From contig CAYLUP010000001.1 of the NCBI GenBank assembly GCA_964386905.1, forward strand, positions 19,905-83,904: a DNA stretch of 64,000 bases, given 5' to 3'. Made by a program: the position numbers and the translations under genes. Source of the stretch: an uncultured Candidatus Saccharibacteria bacterium (lineage in GTDB: Bacteria; Patescibacteriota; Minisyncoccia; Phycocordibacterales; UBA6899). Position 1 is the first letter of the stretch; each line of letters opens with the position of its first letter. The notes under the pieces are model-generated. The model saw only the letters and a program-made list of their open reading frames with translations, searched no databases and had not been told where the DNA came from. Below, piece by piece: positions 26,465-35,942 of this stretch.

Positions 26465-27253
26465 ATGGAAGAATTTCAAGATCGAATTGATAGTATTAAG
26501 TTTACTGTTACCACATCATCAGTTGGTCCTGGTGGTGCTTTTTCTGCTGATCGTCAAAATATTATCTGTCAACAATTAGACGATATTGTTCAGATCTTTA
26601 ATACGATGCGCGAAAAATGCAAGAGTGATCGAAAGGAAATTTCTCGATTGAAGGATAAGCTTGAACACGCAGAAAGTGCATTGCGGAAAGCAGAGCAGCG
26701 TTCCATTCGGCATGGTTTTATCGATCTCTATAACTACAATGGCTTCGCGTTGGAATATCGACGGTTTCACAAGGCGCTTGATCGAGGTGACTACACTCGG
26801 GGCGTTGTTGTGTATTTTGACCTTGATGGTTTTAAAGAGATCAATGACAAACTCGGACATGATATCGCAAATGATATCTTGATTGAGCTTGGAGATTGCG
26901 TAAAGAATTCTATTCGTCCGATTGATGTTGGCGCATGTTTACACGGTGACGAGTTTGCCATTCTTTTTCCAGACACAGACGTTACTGGTGCAGCAATCGC
27001 AATGCGACGCATACAGGATATGTCAAAGCGTATTGGACAAAGCAGGCGAGATTATCAAGAACTGGTGCAGCGTTTAGGGAGGGAAGCAATAGTCTCGTTT
27101 ACTCCTGGACTCTTTGATATTACTGATAAAGAGCATGCCTTAGACGTCAAAAACGTTTTGCATTATGCGGAATCGGTGATTCCAAAATTTGCCCGCAAAA
27201 GAGAGGGAGATCCGGGATTTAAAGAAAAAGTACCTGGAGGAAGTACGGTATAA
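26465..27253 (+). CDS. GGDEF-domain protein (putative diguanylate cyclase with an HGDEF variant of the GGDEF motif), with an N-terminal coiled coil.
   Basis: VYFDLDGFKEINDKLGHDIANDIL ... ACLHGDEFAILFP. The start could alternatively be 26429. Confidence 0.68.
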   Translation: MEEFQDRIDSIKFTVTTSSVGPGGAFSADRQNIICQQLDDIVQIFNTMREKCKSDRKEISRLKDKLEHAESALRKAEQRSIRHGFIDLYNYNGFALEYRRFHKALDRGDYTRGVVVYFDLDGFKEINDKLGHDIANDILIELGDCVKNSIRPIDVGACLHGDEFAILFPDTDVTGAAIAMRRIQDMSKRIGQSRRDYQELVQRLGREAIVSFTPGLFDITDKEHALDVKNVLHYAESVIPKFARKREGDPGFKEKVPGGSTV

Positions 27254-27305
27254 ACGGCAGAAGCCGTTTTTCTTTTCCTGGAAGGGAGTCTGGTATAATA
27301 CAAGT

Positions 27306-30005
27306 ATGGATAATATACACACGAGCTATTACAAGATGGATATTGCAGATCTAGAAGCCAAGTTGGAAACATCAGCATCTGAGGGTATTTCGACAAAAGA
27401 AGCGCTACATCGCCTTGAAATATTTGGTGAAAACGCCTTGTCTGAAGAAAAGAGAAAAACTATTATTGACAAAATTGTAGATGAGTTGCGCTCTCCGCTC
27501 ACATTCGTTCTCCTTCTTGCTGGAATCGTCACTTTATTTTTGGGTGAATATGTTGATGCAACTGTCATTTTTATTGCTTTGTCGATCAATATTGCTATTA
27601 ACTTGTATCAAGAGGGTCGTGCATCTTCTGCATTTAAGGAACTGAAAAGTGCCCAAGCAAAGACGACGCTCGTTATTCGTGGTGGATTTACACACGAGAT
27701 TCCTACTGAACAACTTGTTCCTGGAGATTGTATTATTCTTCAATCCGGATCAACTGTTCCAGCAGATGCACGTGTTGTGTCAGCCGATAATGCTGAAGTG
27801 AACGAATCTGTTCTTACGGGAGAATGGCTTCCTGTTGCAAAAACGTCCGCATTGTTGTCTGGGACACTGTCGCGCCTGGAACAGAAAAATATGTTGTACA
27901 TGGGGACGTTGGTTACGACAGGTTCTATACGCGCAATTGTGGTTGAGACAGGGGATAGGACCGTTTTTGGTGGTATCGGCATGGCTTTAAAAAAAGCAGA
28001 ATCACCACTAACACCAATTCAACAAAATATTAAGAAAGTAGCGAAGTTTCTTTCATATGTCATTGTTGTCGCTCTAAGCATTGTTCTTCTTTTGGGCATT
28101 TACCGAGGTATTCCTCTTACGGAAACTGTTCTTATCGCAATCGCAATTGCCGTTGCTGCAATCCCAGAAGGACTGCCTGCGGTTGTGTCTGTCATGCTTG
28201 CCATGAGCATGCAACGTGTTTTGAAACGTGGTGGACTAGTGAGAAATCTTGTTGCGGCGGAAACACTAGGTTCGACAACTGTAATCATGACTGACAAGAC
28301 TGGGACACTCACCGAAGGGATTATGAAGCTTGATCGTGTTGTGGCGTTTAAAAATTTAGAAGAGGACTTAGGTGCGTACAACAACGTGCGAGCACATGAA
28401 GAACATGGAGATGAACGAGATGTGCTTACATTCGCGTATCTTGCATCAAATTCTGTGGTTGAAACTTCTAAAATTCCAGGCATTGAACCAAAATTTCATG
28501 GGAAACCCGTGGATATTGCTATTGGTCGAGCAGTATATGCGTCTGGCATTTCTGTGGACGAGCTTGCAAAAGATTTTCCTCGCGTGACGTCGCAGCCGTT
28601 TATGTCTGAAATGCGAATGGCCTTTTCATTAAATGCTGTTCGCGGGCTCGAGCAAAAACGACTTTTTGTGCTTGGTGCACCTGAAGAACTTTTGTCGCGT
28701 GCAAAATCATATTATGTGTTTGGGAAGGCTGAGGCATTGACTGATGCTGCCCGGGCATCATTTTTGAAAAAGCTTGAGGAGGGGGCACGTTTAGGTATGC
28801 GAGTAGTAAGTGTGGGGTATTGCGACACGGGTACAGATACTCTTCCATCAAAAAAGGAAGAATATATACAGCAATTTTTTGAACAAGGGAATTTCGTTTT
28901 CTGCGGCCTTGTCCTTCTGCATGATCCAATTCGCTCTGACGTTCGAGCTTCTATCGCAGCGGCGCGTGGTGCGGGTGTGCGTGTGTTGATGGCGACAGGA
29001 GATAACCCAGAAACAGCACGTTCGATTGCACAGAAAGCTGGCATTGTAGAAGATGCAGAGGCGCCGTATCTTCTAGGGATTGACGTAGATTCGCTCAGTG
29101 ATGAAGACTTGTTAGAGAAGATACAAACTGTTTCTATTTACGCACGAATGCTTCCAGAACAAAAACAGCGTATTGCAACTCTACTCGGAGGAAAGGGTGA
29201 AGTTGTGGCCATGACGGGGGACGGTGTAAACGATGCGCCATCATTACGTACGGCTTCCATTGGCATTGCTCTTGGAAGTGGTACTGATGTTGCGAAGGAG
29301 GCGTCTGATCTTGTTCTTGTGGATAATAGCTTTACTGTCATTGTAAATGCTATTGAGGAGGGGAGAAGGGCAATTGATAATATTCGAAAAAGTATCGTAT
29401 ATTTGATATCTACGTCATTCTCAGAGATAGTTGTTGTTATTGTCGCGTTGGGCATGGGCCTTCCTCTTCCACTCCTCCCGACACAAATTATATGGACGAA
29501 TATGCTCACGGAAGGACTAATGAATTTTGCTTTTGCATTTGAACATAAAGAACAAGGCATAATGAAACGAGATCCGCGAGTCCATGGGTCACAGTTTATG
29601 CTTTCAAAGCAGTTCATTGGCTTTATTTTGACAGTTGGACTGCTTACAGGGATACTTCTCATGTGGTTGTTCTTGTGGATGCAAAATCTTGCTTTGTCGG
29701 AGGATGGAATGCGGACAGTAATGTTTGTTGCGCTGACACTATTTGCTACACTCATGTCATTTTCACTTCGAGATCTGCGTTCGCCAATCTGGAAAACTGT
29801 ACCATGGTCAAATGGGTATTTGCTCCTTTCAATCTTGTCTGTTGTTGGTGGCTTAAGCATCGCATTATTTGTTCCACAAGTCTCTCGTTTGCTTGCACTT
29901 GAGGCGCATGTGCTTCCACGTTTTGTCCCATACATTTTCGCACTTACGATATTGCTTTTTGTTGGTGTTGAGCTCGCAAAGAAATTTATATTAAAACATC
30001 GTTAA
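27306..30005 (+). CDS. P-type ATPase, P2A-type Ca2+/cation-transporting.
   Basis: Motifs TGES-like LTGEW, DKTGTLT phosphorylation site and MTGDGVNDAPSL hinge. About 10 TM segments. Start moved to MDNIHTSYYKMDIADLEAKL. Confidence 0.9.
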   Translation: MDNIHTSYYKMDIADLEAKLETSASEGISTKEALHRLEIFGENALSEEKRKTIIDKIVDELRSPLTFVLLLAGIVTLFLGEYVDATVIFIALSINIAINLYQEGRASSAFKELKSAQAKTTLVIRGGFTHEIPTEQLVPGDCIILQSGSTVPADARVVSADNAEVNESVLTGEWLPVAKTSALLSGTLSRLEQKNMLYMGTLVTTGSIRAIVVETGDRTVFGGIGMALKKAESPLTPIQQNIKKVAKFLSYVIVVALSIVLLLGIYRGIPLTETVLIAIAIAVAAIPEGLPAVVSVMLAMSMQRVLKRGGLVRNLVAAETLGSTTVIMTDKTGTLTEGIMKLDRVVAFKNLEEDLGAYNNVRAHEEHGDERDVLTFAYLASNSVVETSKIPGIEPKFHGKPVDIAIGRAVYASGISVDELAKDFPRVTSQPFMSEMRMAFSLNAVRGLEQKRLFVLGAPEELLSRAKSYYVFGKAEALTDAARASFLKKLEEGARLGMRVVSVGYCDTGTDTLPSKKEEYIQQFFEQGNFVFCGLVLLHDPIRSDVRASIAAARGAGVRVLMATGDNPETARSIAQKAGIVEDAEAPYLLGIDVDSLSDEDLLEKIQTVSIYARMLPEQKQRIATLLGGKGEVVAMTGDGVNDAPSLRTASIGIALGSGTDVAKEASDLVLVDNSFTVIVNAIEEGRRAIDNIRKSIVYLISTSFSEIVVVIVALGMGLPLPLLPTQIIWTNMLTEGLMNFAFAFEHKEQGIMKRDPRVHGSQFMLSKQFIGFILTVGLLTGILLMWLFLWMQNLALSEDGMRTVMFVALTLFATLMSFSLRDLRSPIWKTVPWSNGYLLLSILSVVGGLSIALFVPQVSRLLALEAHVLPRFVPYIFALTILLFVGVELAKKFILKHR

Positions 30006-30008
30006 ATT

Positions 30009-31130
30009 ATGGAATATTTTATTGCTGTTGGGCTCTTTACGCTGATTGTACTCGTCATATTCCTGCTTATACAAAGCAGAAATCCTAGAGATTCAGTTTC
30101 CAAGGAGCTTGAACATTTTGCTTCTGTTCGTGAAGCTGATCGAGCAGCGCTTACATTTCTGCAGCAACAACTTGCTGAGCTAACGAAGCAGATTGATACA
30201 CGTCTCTCAGAGTCACGTCGTGATGTGAGTGATGCGGTGCATCGACAATTTAGTGAATCGCAGAAATTGCTTTCAGAAATTAATGCACAAATGTCAGAGC
30301 GTTTGCTTGCAGTGACACGTGAACAAACAAAAGCAAATGAGGCAGTACAACATTTTGCTCAGATTGGGGATCAACTTGCAAATCTGGAGCGCGTGCTGAC
30401 ACATCAAAAGCAGCGAGGAAACTGGGGAGAGGCTTCACTCGCGCTCATTCTTCAAAATATTTTGCCACCAGATGCATATAAGCTACAGTACGCTGTTGGC
30501 GAAAAAGATGTTGTTGATGCCGCAATTATGACAAAGGATGGTTTTATTCCTGTGGATGCGAAGTTTTCGCTCGATAACTATCAGCGCCTCGCGCAAGAAG
30601 AGAATCAGGATAAGCGCGAGGATCTTGAAAAAGAATTTCGCAATGATCTCAAGAAACGTATCGATGAAACTGCAAAATACATCAATCAAAAAGTAGGGTC
30701 GCTTCCGTTTGCTTTTATGTTTATTCCTGCCGAAGCAATTTACTATGACCTTCTCGTGAATGAAGTTGGTCGCGTGAAAAGTAACACACGAAGCCTGATT
30801 GATTATGCATATCACGAAAAGAAAGTCATTATCGTTTCCCCGACGACCTTTGCAGCATACTTACAGTCTGTCCTCTATGGATTTCGTGCGTTCCAGATCG
30901 AACAAGCGGCTCAGGACATTGGCAAGCGAGTTGAGGAGCTCGGGAAGCACATGAAAGCATATGAGGAGTACTATGCGAAGCTCGGTGCTTCACTGTCGAC
31001 GACTGTGAATCACTATAATGTTGGATATAAAGAACTGGGAAAAATAGATAAGGACGTGCGACGTATTGCAGGTGCAGCTCCGGGCATTGAACCTGTTGTG
31101 CTCGATCGGCCAAATATGGAAGCAGAATAA
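30009..31130 (+). CDS. rmuC: DNA recombination protein RmuC.
   Basis: N-terminal TM. Long coiled coil. RmuC nuclease-like C-terminus (FAFMFIPAEAIYYD...VIIVSPTTFAAYLQ). Confidence 0.82.
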   Translation: MEYFIAVGLFTLIVLVIFLLIQSRNPRDSVSKELEHFASVREADRAALTFLQQQLAELTKQIDTRLSESRRDVSDAVHRQFSESQKLLSEINAQMSERLLAVTREQTKANEAVQHFAQIGDQLANLERVLTHQKQRGNWGEASLALILQNILPPDAYKLQYAVGEKDVVDAAIMTKDGFIPVDAKFSLDNYQRLAQEENQDKREDLEKEFRNDLKKRIDETAKYINQKVGSLPFAFMFIPAEAIYYDLLVNEVGRVKSNTRSLIDYAYHEKKVIIVSPTTFAAYLQSVLYGFRAFQIEQAAQDIGKRVEELGKHMKAYEEYYAKLGASLSTTVNHYNVGYKELGKIDKDVRRIAGAAPGIEPVVLDRPNMEAE

Positions 31131-31156
31131 AAAAGCCCCACCGAGGTGGGGTTTTG
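31130..31156. terminator. Bidirectional terminator between rmuC and the GC-rich ORF.
   Basis: aaaaaGCCCCACCgaggTGGGGTtttg. Confidence 0.7.
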
Positions 31157-31158
31157 TG

Positions 31159-31548
31159 CTAGACGCCGACGAGGTCGGGTTCCGCACTGAATTGATTGAC
31201 TTCGAACTGGTCGGCGAGGAGCAGCCTCTTCGCCCTGATCGAGATCATGTCCGCTTTCTCTTTGATGGCGCTGACGTCGAGGGGGTCGATAGAGCTGAGT
31301 TCGTTCTTTTCGATCTCCTTCGTCGCCTGTGCGAGCACTTGTTCGATGATGTCGGAGAACTGCTGGTTGGACAGGGTGATTCCCCGGCGCCTCTCGTGCC
31401 TGCTGATGTGGTGAAGGGCTGTTGCGAGGACGTCGGTGCACCCGTCGCGGATGCCGTCTTTGGTCCTTTCGAAGCCCTCCACGGGGAGGGGGACGTGCTT
31501 GCTGACCGCTTCAGCGATCAAGGTCTTTCGCGTATTGTGGGAGAGCAT
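31159..31548 (-). CDS. Hypothetical protein (129 aa) encoded in a locally GC-rich segment. Candidate horizontally acquired gene.
   Basis: The ORF has coding-like composition. The opposite-strand ORF (31066..31560) reads like an antisense artefact. Local GC is visibly far above the flanks. Confidence 0.5.
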   Translation of the reverse strand: MLSHNTRKTLIAEAVSKHVPLPVEGFERTKDGIRDGCTDVLATALHHISRHERRRGITLSNQQFSDIIEQVLAQATKEIEKNELSSIDPLDVSAIKEKADMISIRAKRLLLADQFEVNQFSAEPDLVGV

Positions 31549-31661
31549 AGAGCCTCTTGAAAAAGCAGCACGGCTGCTTTGGGTCCAGTGTTGTTTATAC
31601 CATATGAATAACGTATGTCAATAAAATTCAAAGAGAGATGAAATGTGATATGATGCATGAT

Positions 31662-32273
31662 ATGGATCCCATACATCGACTGGAATATTTCTTTACGCTC
31701 TTTCCTGGAGTTGGGTCGCGCCAGGCGCGGCGTTTTGTCCATTATCTGCTCAAGCAGTCACCACAGCATCTCTCGGAGCTCTCTCGTCTGATTGCTCAAC
31801 TTCCAGACCAGGTTCGGGAGTGCGTCGAATGCCATCGCTATTTTCCGAAGAAGGGTCCGCATACAGAAAAATGTCCTGTCTGCGCTGATCCACTTCGTGA
31901 TCCGACGCAACTGCTGATTGTTGAAAAAGACGCAGATCTTGAGGCGATTGAACGCGCACATACATATACAGGATACTATTATGTTCTTGGAGGAACATTA
32001 GGGATCCTTGAAAAAAATCCAGAAAAGGTTATTCGACTTTCTGCATTAAAACGAAGAGTAGAATCTATGAAGGCGCTCCACGAAGTCATTATTGCGACTG
32101 CTGTGACTCCTGAAAGTGAACATACAGGCGATTTCGTTCGTCTCGCACTTCGAGATATGTGTGTTGAGCGCAATATTCTGATTACTCGTCTTGGTCGAGG
32201 TGTCTCGACAGGGAGTGAAATTGAGTATGCAGATGCTGACACATTGCGGAATGCATTGCTGGGAAGGAAGTAG
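31662..32273 (+). CDS. recR: Recombination protein RecR.
   Basis: C4 zinc finger (CVECHRYFPKKGPHTEKCPVC) plus a Toprim domain (LLIVEKDADLEAIE...YYYVLGG). Start moved to MDPIHRLEYF. Confidence 0.9.
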   Translation: MDPIHRLEYFFTLFPGVGSRQARRFVHYLLKQSPQHLSELSRLIAQLPDQVRECVECHRYFPKKGPHTEKCPVCADPLRDPTQLLIVEKDADLEAIERAHTYTGYYYVLGGTLGILEKNPEKVIRLSALKRRVESMKALHEVIIATAVTPESEHTGDFVRLALRDMCVERNILITRLGRGVSTGSEIEYADADTLRNALLGRK

Positions 32274-32342
32274 GAGGGAGCCGGGATGAGAATGTCTGCA
32301 TGTCACCAAATAAAATGCCGCACCATATTGGTGCGGATGAAA

Positions 32343-32669
32343 CTATGTGGTGATGAGTACAACGCAGAGATGCGCGGCTGCTTCCGCAAGATCATTTTCT
32401 TCGGCGAATGCAGTTGTCTTGCTTGCGCGTGTACCTTCCTTGGTGGTACGTCGGGCTTTTTGAAGCTTCTCTGCTAATGTGTTTGCGGAAAAATGCAAAA
32501 GCACATCGTCGGCTTCAGCAGGAATTGCTGCTGAAAGAATACATGCGCATTTGATTCTGCACGCATGAGTGATGTGTGGTGAATTGAATTGCTCTAAAAC
32601 TACTTTGTAGGCGACATGAAATCGTTCTTCAATGGTGGCAGTGTCCATAGAGGCCTTCTGTGCTTTCAT
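32343..32669 (-). CDS. Hypothetical small protein (108 aa). Weak call.
   Basis: ORF downstream of the dnaB terminator on the same strand. No SD and no recognisable domain. Confidence 0.25.
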   Translation of the reverse strand: MKAQKASMDTATIEERFHVAYKVVLEQFNSPHITHACRIKCACILSAAIPAEADDVLLHFSANTLAEKLQKARRTTKEGTRASKTTAFAEENDLAEAAAHLCVVLITT

Positions 32670-32689
32670 AGTTATACAACTCTATAATT

Positions 32690-32717
32690 CGTTGTCAATC
32701 AAAAACACGGGTTCACC
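32690..32717. terminator. Bidirectional terminator after dnaB.
   Basis: aaaaACACGGGTtcaCCCGTGTtttt. Confidence 0.75.
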
Positions 32718-32724
32718 CGTGTTT

Positions 32725-34170
32725 TTAAAATGCATCAAATTCATCATCCCCAGAACCACGAACTGCATGGTAATCACCGTGTTTTTCGTCGATTTCTCTG
32801 AAACTTGTGTGCTTTCCATCGAAGTGAAGCTTGACGACACCTGTCGCACCATTTCTGTGCTTTTCGATAAGAATTTCAGCAATTTGATTACGTTCACCAT
32901 TCTCATCTTGTTCACGATGGATAAACATAACAACGTCTGCATCTTGCTCGATTGAGCCAGAGTCTCGAAGGTCTGAAAGTTTGGGCTTACCACCGCGTTG
33001 TTCAACAGCACGAGAGAGCTGTGAGAGGGCAATAACAGGAACATTGAGGTCTTTTGCAAGCCCCTTGAGAGAGCGTGAGATTTCTGTGACTTGTTGCACC
33101 ATGGAATCCGTCTGTCGCATAGGGGACATGAGCTGGAGATAATCAACAACGAGAAGTTTGACCCCATACTCGCTTACCATGCGTCTTGCGGTCGCACGCA
33201 TGTTCATGATGTTAATACCCGCCTGGTCGTTGATATAAATTGGTGCTTTCGAGAGACGATCGATACCCTCACGGAGATACTCAAACTCGTTTTCGCGCGA
33301 AAGTTTTCCTGTGCGGAGTCTCCATGAGTCAATACGTGATTCTGCAGAAACCATACGATCAATTATTTGCTGAGAGGACATTTCAAGCGAAAAGAGTCCG
33401 ACAGGAATATTGTGTTGCACTGCAGCCCCACGAATCATGTCGAGTGCAAACGATGTTTTACCCATGGAAGGGCGTGCCGCAAGAATGATAAGGTCGGAGG
33501 GTTGAAGTCCAGAGAGCATGCGGTCAATTGACGGAAAGCCAGACGGAACACCACGAAGACCATCTCCTTGTTCACTGATTTTCTCAAAGCGCTCCCATGC
33601 CTGCTGTGTTCCTTCCTTCATGTTGAGGATAGATTGTCCAGGTGTCAGCGCGGTAATTTTGAAGATCGTTGATTCTGCTTCGTCAAGGATTTCCTCTAAA
33701 AGTCGTTCTTCTTGGAATCCAAGCTCTGAGACATGTTCAGCCCCATTAATCAGCTGGCGGAGAACATGTTTTTTGTGAATGATTTCTGCGTAGTGGCGAG
33801 CATTTGCAGATGACGGTACGGCATTGGTAAGTTCAGTGAGGTATGTGTGACCTCCAATTGCATCAAACTGTCCGCGTTCCGAAAGCTTTGCAGACATCGT
33901 GAGGAGATCAATCGGTTCTCGTCGTGCATGAAGATCGAGCATTGCCTGGTAAATAACGCGGTGCTTTTCAGCGTAGAACGCTTCTGGAAGAATAATATCT
34001 GAAACTTCATAGAGCGTGTCTGCGCGAAGCATGAGGGCTCCGAGGAGTGCGCGCTCTGAATCGAGGTGTTGCGGTGGGACACGAAGCGAACTTAAGACTG
34101 GTGATCGCTGGTTTGAATAATCGCGTTTGAGCGAACGGCGCTCATACTGTCCTGTAGGCACTTGCTGCAT
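32725..34170 (-). CDS. dnaB: Replicative DNA helicase DnaB.
   Basis: N-terminal domain (ERALLGALMLRADTLYEV). Walker A GARPSMGKTSFALD. Walker B LLVVDYLQLM. No intein. Start moved to MQQVPTGQ. Confidence 0.93.
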   Translation of the reverse strand: MQQVPTGQYERRSLKRDYSNQRSPVLSSLRVPPQHLDSERALLGALMLRADTLYEVSDIILPEAFYAEKHRVIYQAMLDLHARREPIDLLTMSAKLSERGQFDAIGGHTYLTELTNAVPSSANARHYAEIIHKKHVLRQLINGAEHVSELGFQEERLLEEILDEAESTIFKITALTPGQSILNMKEGTQQAWERFEKISEQGDGLRGVPSGFPSIDRMLSGLQPSDLIILAARPSMGKTSFALDMIRGAAVQHNIPVGLFSLEMSSQQIIDRMVSAESRIDSWRLRTGKLSRENEFEYLREGIDRLSKAPIYINDQAGINIMNMRATARRMVSEYGVKLLVVDYLQLMSPMRQTDSMVQQVTEISRSLKGLAKDLNVPVIALSQLSRAVEQRGGKPKLSDLRDSGSIEQDADVVMFIHREQDENGERNQIAEILIEKHRNGATGVVKLHFDGKHTSFREIDEKHGDYHAVRGSGDDEFDAF

Positions 34171-34382
34171 ATAAAGTATCTTGGCATATGACACGACCCC
34201 AATCAATGTGTATAACTGTGGATAGTCCACACGTATTTAAGCCCTATATTTCAGTTTTCCACAGTATTGACGAATGGAAGATTGTGTACGGACTTCCACA
34301 TGTCGGTATTGTGTGTTCGGTAATTCATCCTGATGAATATCCACACCACTTGAGTACGTGCGTATGTGGTACAATCGACCCC

Positions 34383-35273
34383 ATGGCAAAGAATACCGTG
34401 CTCATTGCAAAGACAGGGAAGACAACGTATCTTCCGCTTACAGATAAAGAGGAAGATATCGCGCTATTGCTCAGAAAAGTAAAAGCTCCACAATTGAAGG
34501 AGGGTTCTACGAAGTCATTTGACGCGAAGGCGGGCAGTCTCGTTGGGGAAGAGTGGTTCGGAATTGATCTTATTGGTGATGATTTACAGATTATTGCTCC
34601 GTATGTCGATGCTGCGTGTACAAAAATTGACCCCGAGCGTATTGCAAGTGTGGATATGTCTGCAATCAAAGCATTGGCTATTGTTGAAACAACGGGATTG
34701 CCTAGAGAGACTACTATCCATGTCATAAAGACGTCATCTACGCAACGATACGACAGAAAAACTCTTATTGAGTTCGGCGTTCACGGTGTAACGATTGAGG
34801 AACGAACCCATGGTGTGGAGGTTGGTGGAGTGCTGCATGCATATGTTCATCATGGAAAATTGTATTTTCAGAATTTTAATACAGCATCCTCACTCTTCTT
34901 CGGAATTGACAAGTTCTTTCGTGAAGCGACCGACGAAGAGGTGAATGAATTTTGTGGTCTACCACTCTTTCTCCTTGGCGAAGAGTTTGATGCAAATCTG
35001 ATTGGAAAGCGACAGCGGAAGCAAATTGCTCTTTCGCTTCCGTTGATGCCAGACCTACAAAATGATCACATTCGTAAGCAATTGACTGAGTATGCAAAGG
35101 ATTATCTCCCTTTACAAGAAGGTGAACGTATTATTCAAGGAGAGCATTTTGCTTTAAATTCTCCTTCAGATCTTGCATATATTTTTCATATTCTGTATGG
35201 AGACTATTTTACGAACGTAATTACTGGTGAAAAGATGATTGCAAAGAGAAGTGAGAAGTTGGTGGGAAAGTAG
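34383..35273 (+). CDS. Hypothetical protein.
   Basis: Coding-like ORF divergent from dnaB. Start moved to MAKNTVLIAK to leave a 212 bp divergent promoter region. No domain recognised. Confidence 0.5.
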   Translation: MAKNTVLIAKTGKTTYLPLTDKEEDIALLLRKVKAPQLKEGSTKSFDAKAGSLVGEEWFGIDLIGDDLQIIAPYVDAACTKIDPERIASVDMSAIKALAIVETTGLPRETTIHVIKTSSTQRYDRKTLIEFGVHGVTIEERTHGVEVGGVLHAYVHHGKLYFQNFNTASSLFFGIDKFFREATDEEVNEFCGLPLFLLGEEFDANLIGKRQRKQIALSLPLMPDLQNDHIRKQLTEYAKDYLPLQEGERIIQGEHFALNSPSDLAYIFHILYGDYFTNVITGEKMIAKRSEKLVGK

Positions 35274-35319
35274 AGGGGTGTAGTGATTAGTGAACAGTGA
35301 TAAGTGAATAGAAGAATGC

Positions 35320-35535
35320 AGTGGTTGGTGGGTAGTGGATAGGAAGAAGAGAATAGAGGATAGACAATGGTAAGAAAAGTTTCTCGTTGCAAGTTCCAAG
35401 TTGGACACAAATGCATTGTCATTGCGAAGACGACCTGTACCCGGGTCGTCTGTGGCAATCCAGGACTGCATTTTGTATTACCTTGAACTAAAACTATTTG
35501 GCAATCTAGGACTGTATCTGTCTATCTCTGTAGCT
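35320..35535 (+). repeat. Copy 1 of a repeated structured element, immediately upstream of rplU. A purine-rich GTGGNNN heptamer and GAGAATAGAGGATAGACA block forms its left end. A conserved 57 nt core lies in the middle. An inverted pyrimidine-rich copy of the end motif (CTGTCTATCTCT) forms its right end.
   Basis: About 85-90% identity to 40643..40790. Core AATGCATTGTCATTGCGAAGACGACCTGTACCCGGGTCGTCTGTGGCAATCCAGGAC with internal hairpin GACGACC/GGTCGTC. TTGGCAATCYAGGACT occurs twice. Confidence 0.6.
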
Positions 35536-35610
35536 CAAAACTCATTTCTCATGACTCATATTCCCGTACTTTCTTGCTTTTTTCGCAAAATACGGTATAC
35601 TAACCCCACT

Positions 35611-35916
35611 ATGACATTCGCAGTTATTACCACGGGTGGCAAGCAATATAAGGTTGCAGTAGGTGATGTTCTCAGTGTTGAGAAGCTCGACGCAGAGGGT
35701 TCAGTTACGTTTGACAAGGTATTGCTTGTGGACGACGGTTCTTCAACGAAAGTTGGTACACCGTTTGTCGCAGGTGCACAGGTTACCGCAGACATCGTTG
35801 AGCACGGCAAGGGTCCTAAGATCTATGTCGTTCGCTACATGCCAAAGAGCCGCTGGGCAAAGAAAAACGGTCACCGACAGCCATTTACAAAGATCAAAAT
35901 CACTGGAATCAAATAA
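35611..35916 (+). CDS. rplU: 50S ribosomal protein L21.
   Basis: MTFAVITTGGKQYKVAVGDVL... Candidate promoter TTGCTT-N16-TATACT lies 8-40 nt upstream of the ATG. Confidence 0.9.
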   Translation: MTFAVITTGGKQYKVAVGDVLSVEKLDAEGSVTFDKVLLVDDGSSTKVGTPFVAGAQVTADIVEHGKGPKIYVVRYMPKSRWAKKNGHRQPFTKIKITGIK

Positions 35917-35942
35917 AAAGAAACTGCTTCTGCAGTTTCTTT

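Noticed and set aside
31066-31560. The 164-aa plus-strand ORF in the GC-rich island.
   Set aside because: Its translation is low-complexity and Arg/Gly/Asp-rich, typical of reading a GC-rich gene antisense. The minus-strand ORF has more protein-like composition.
35457-35512. Possible CRISPR-like repeats: TTGGCAATCYAGGACT occurs twice per locus with 30-50 nt between copies.
   Set aside because: Only two copies per site. The repeat is 16 nt and there is no regular spacer architecture. It is better explained as part of the two-copy repeat element.
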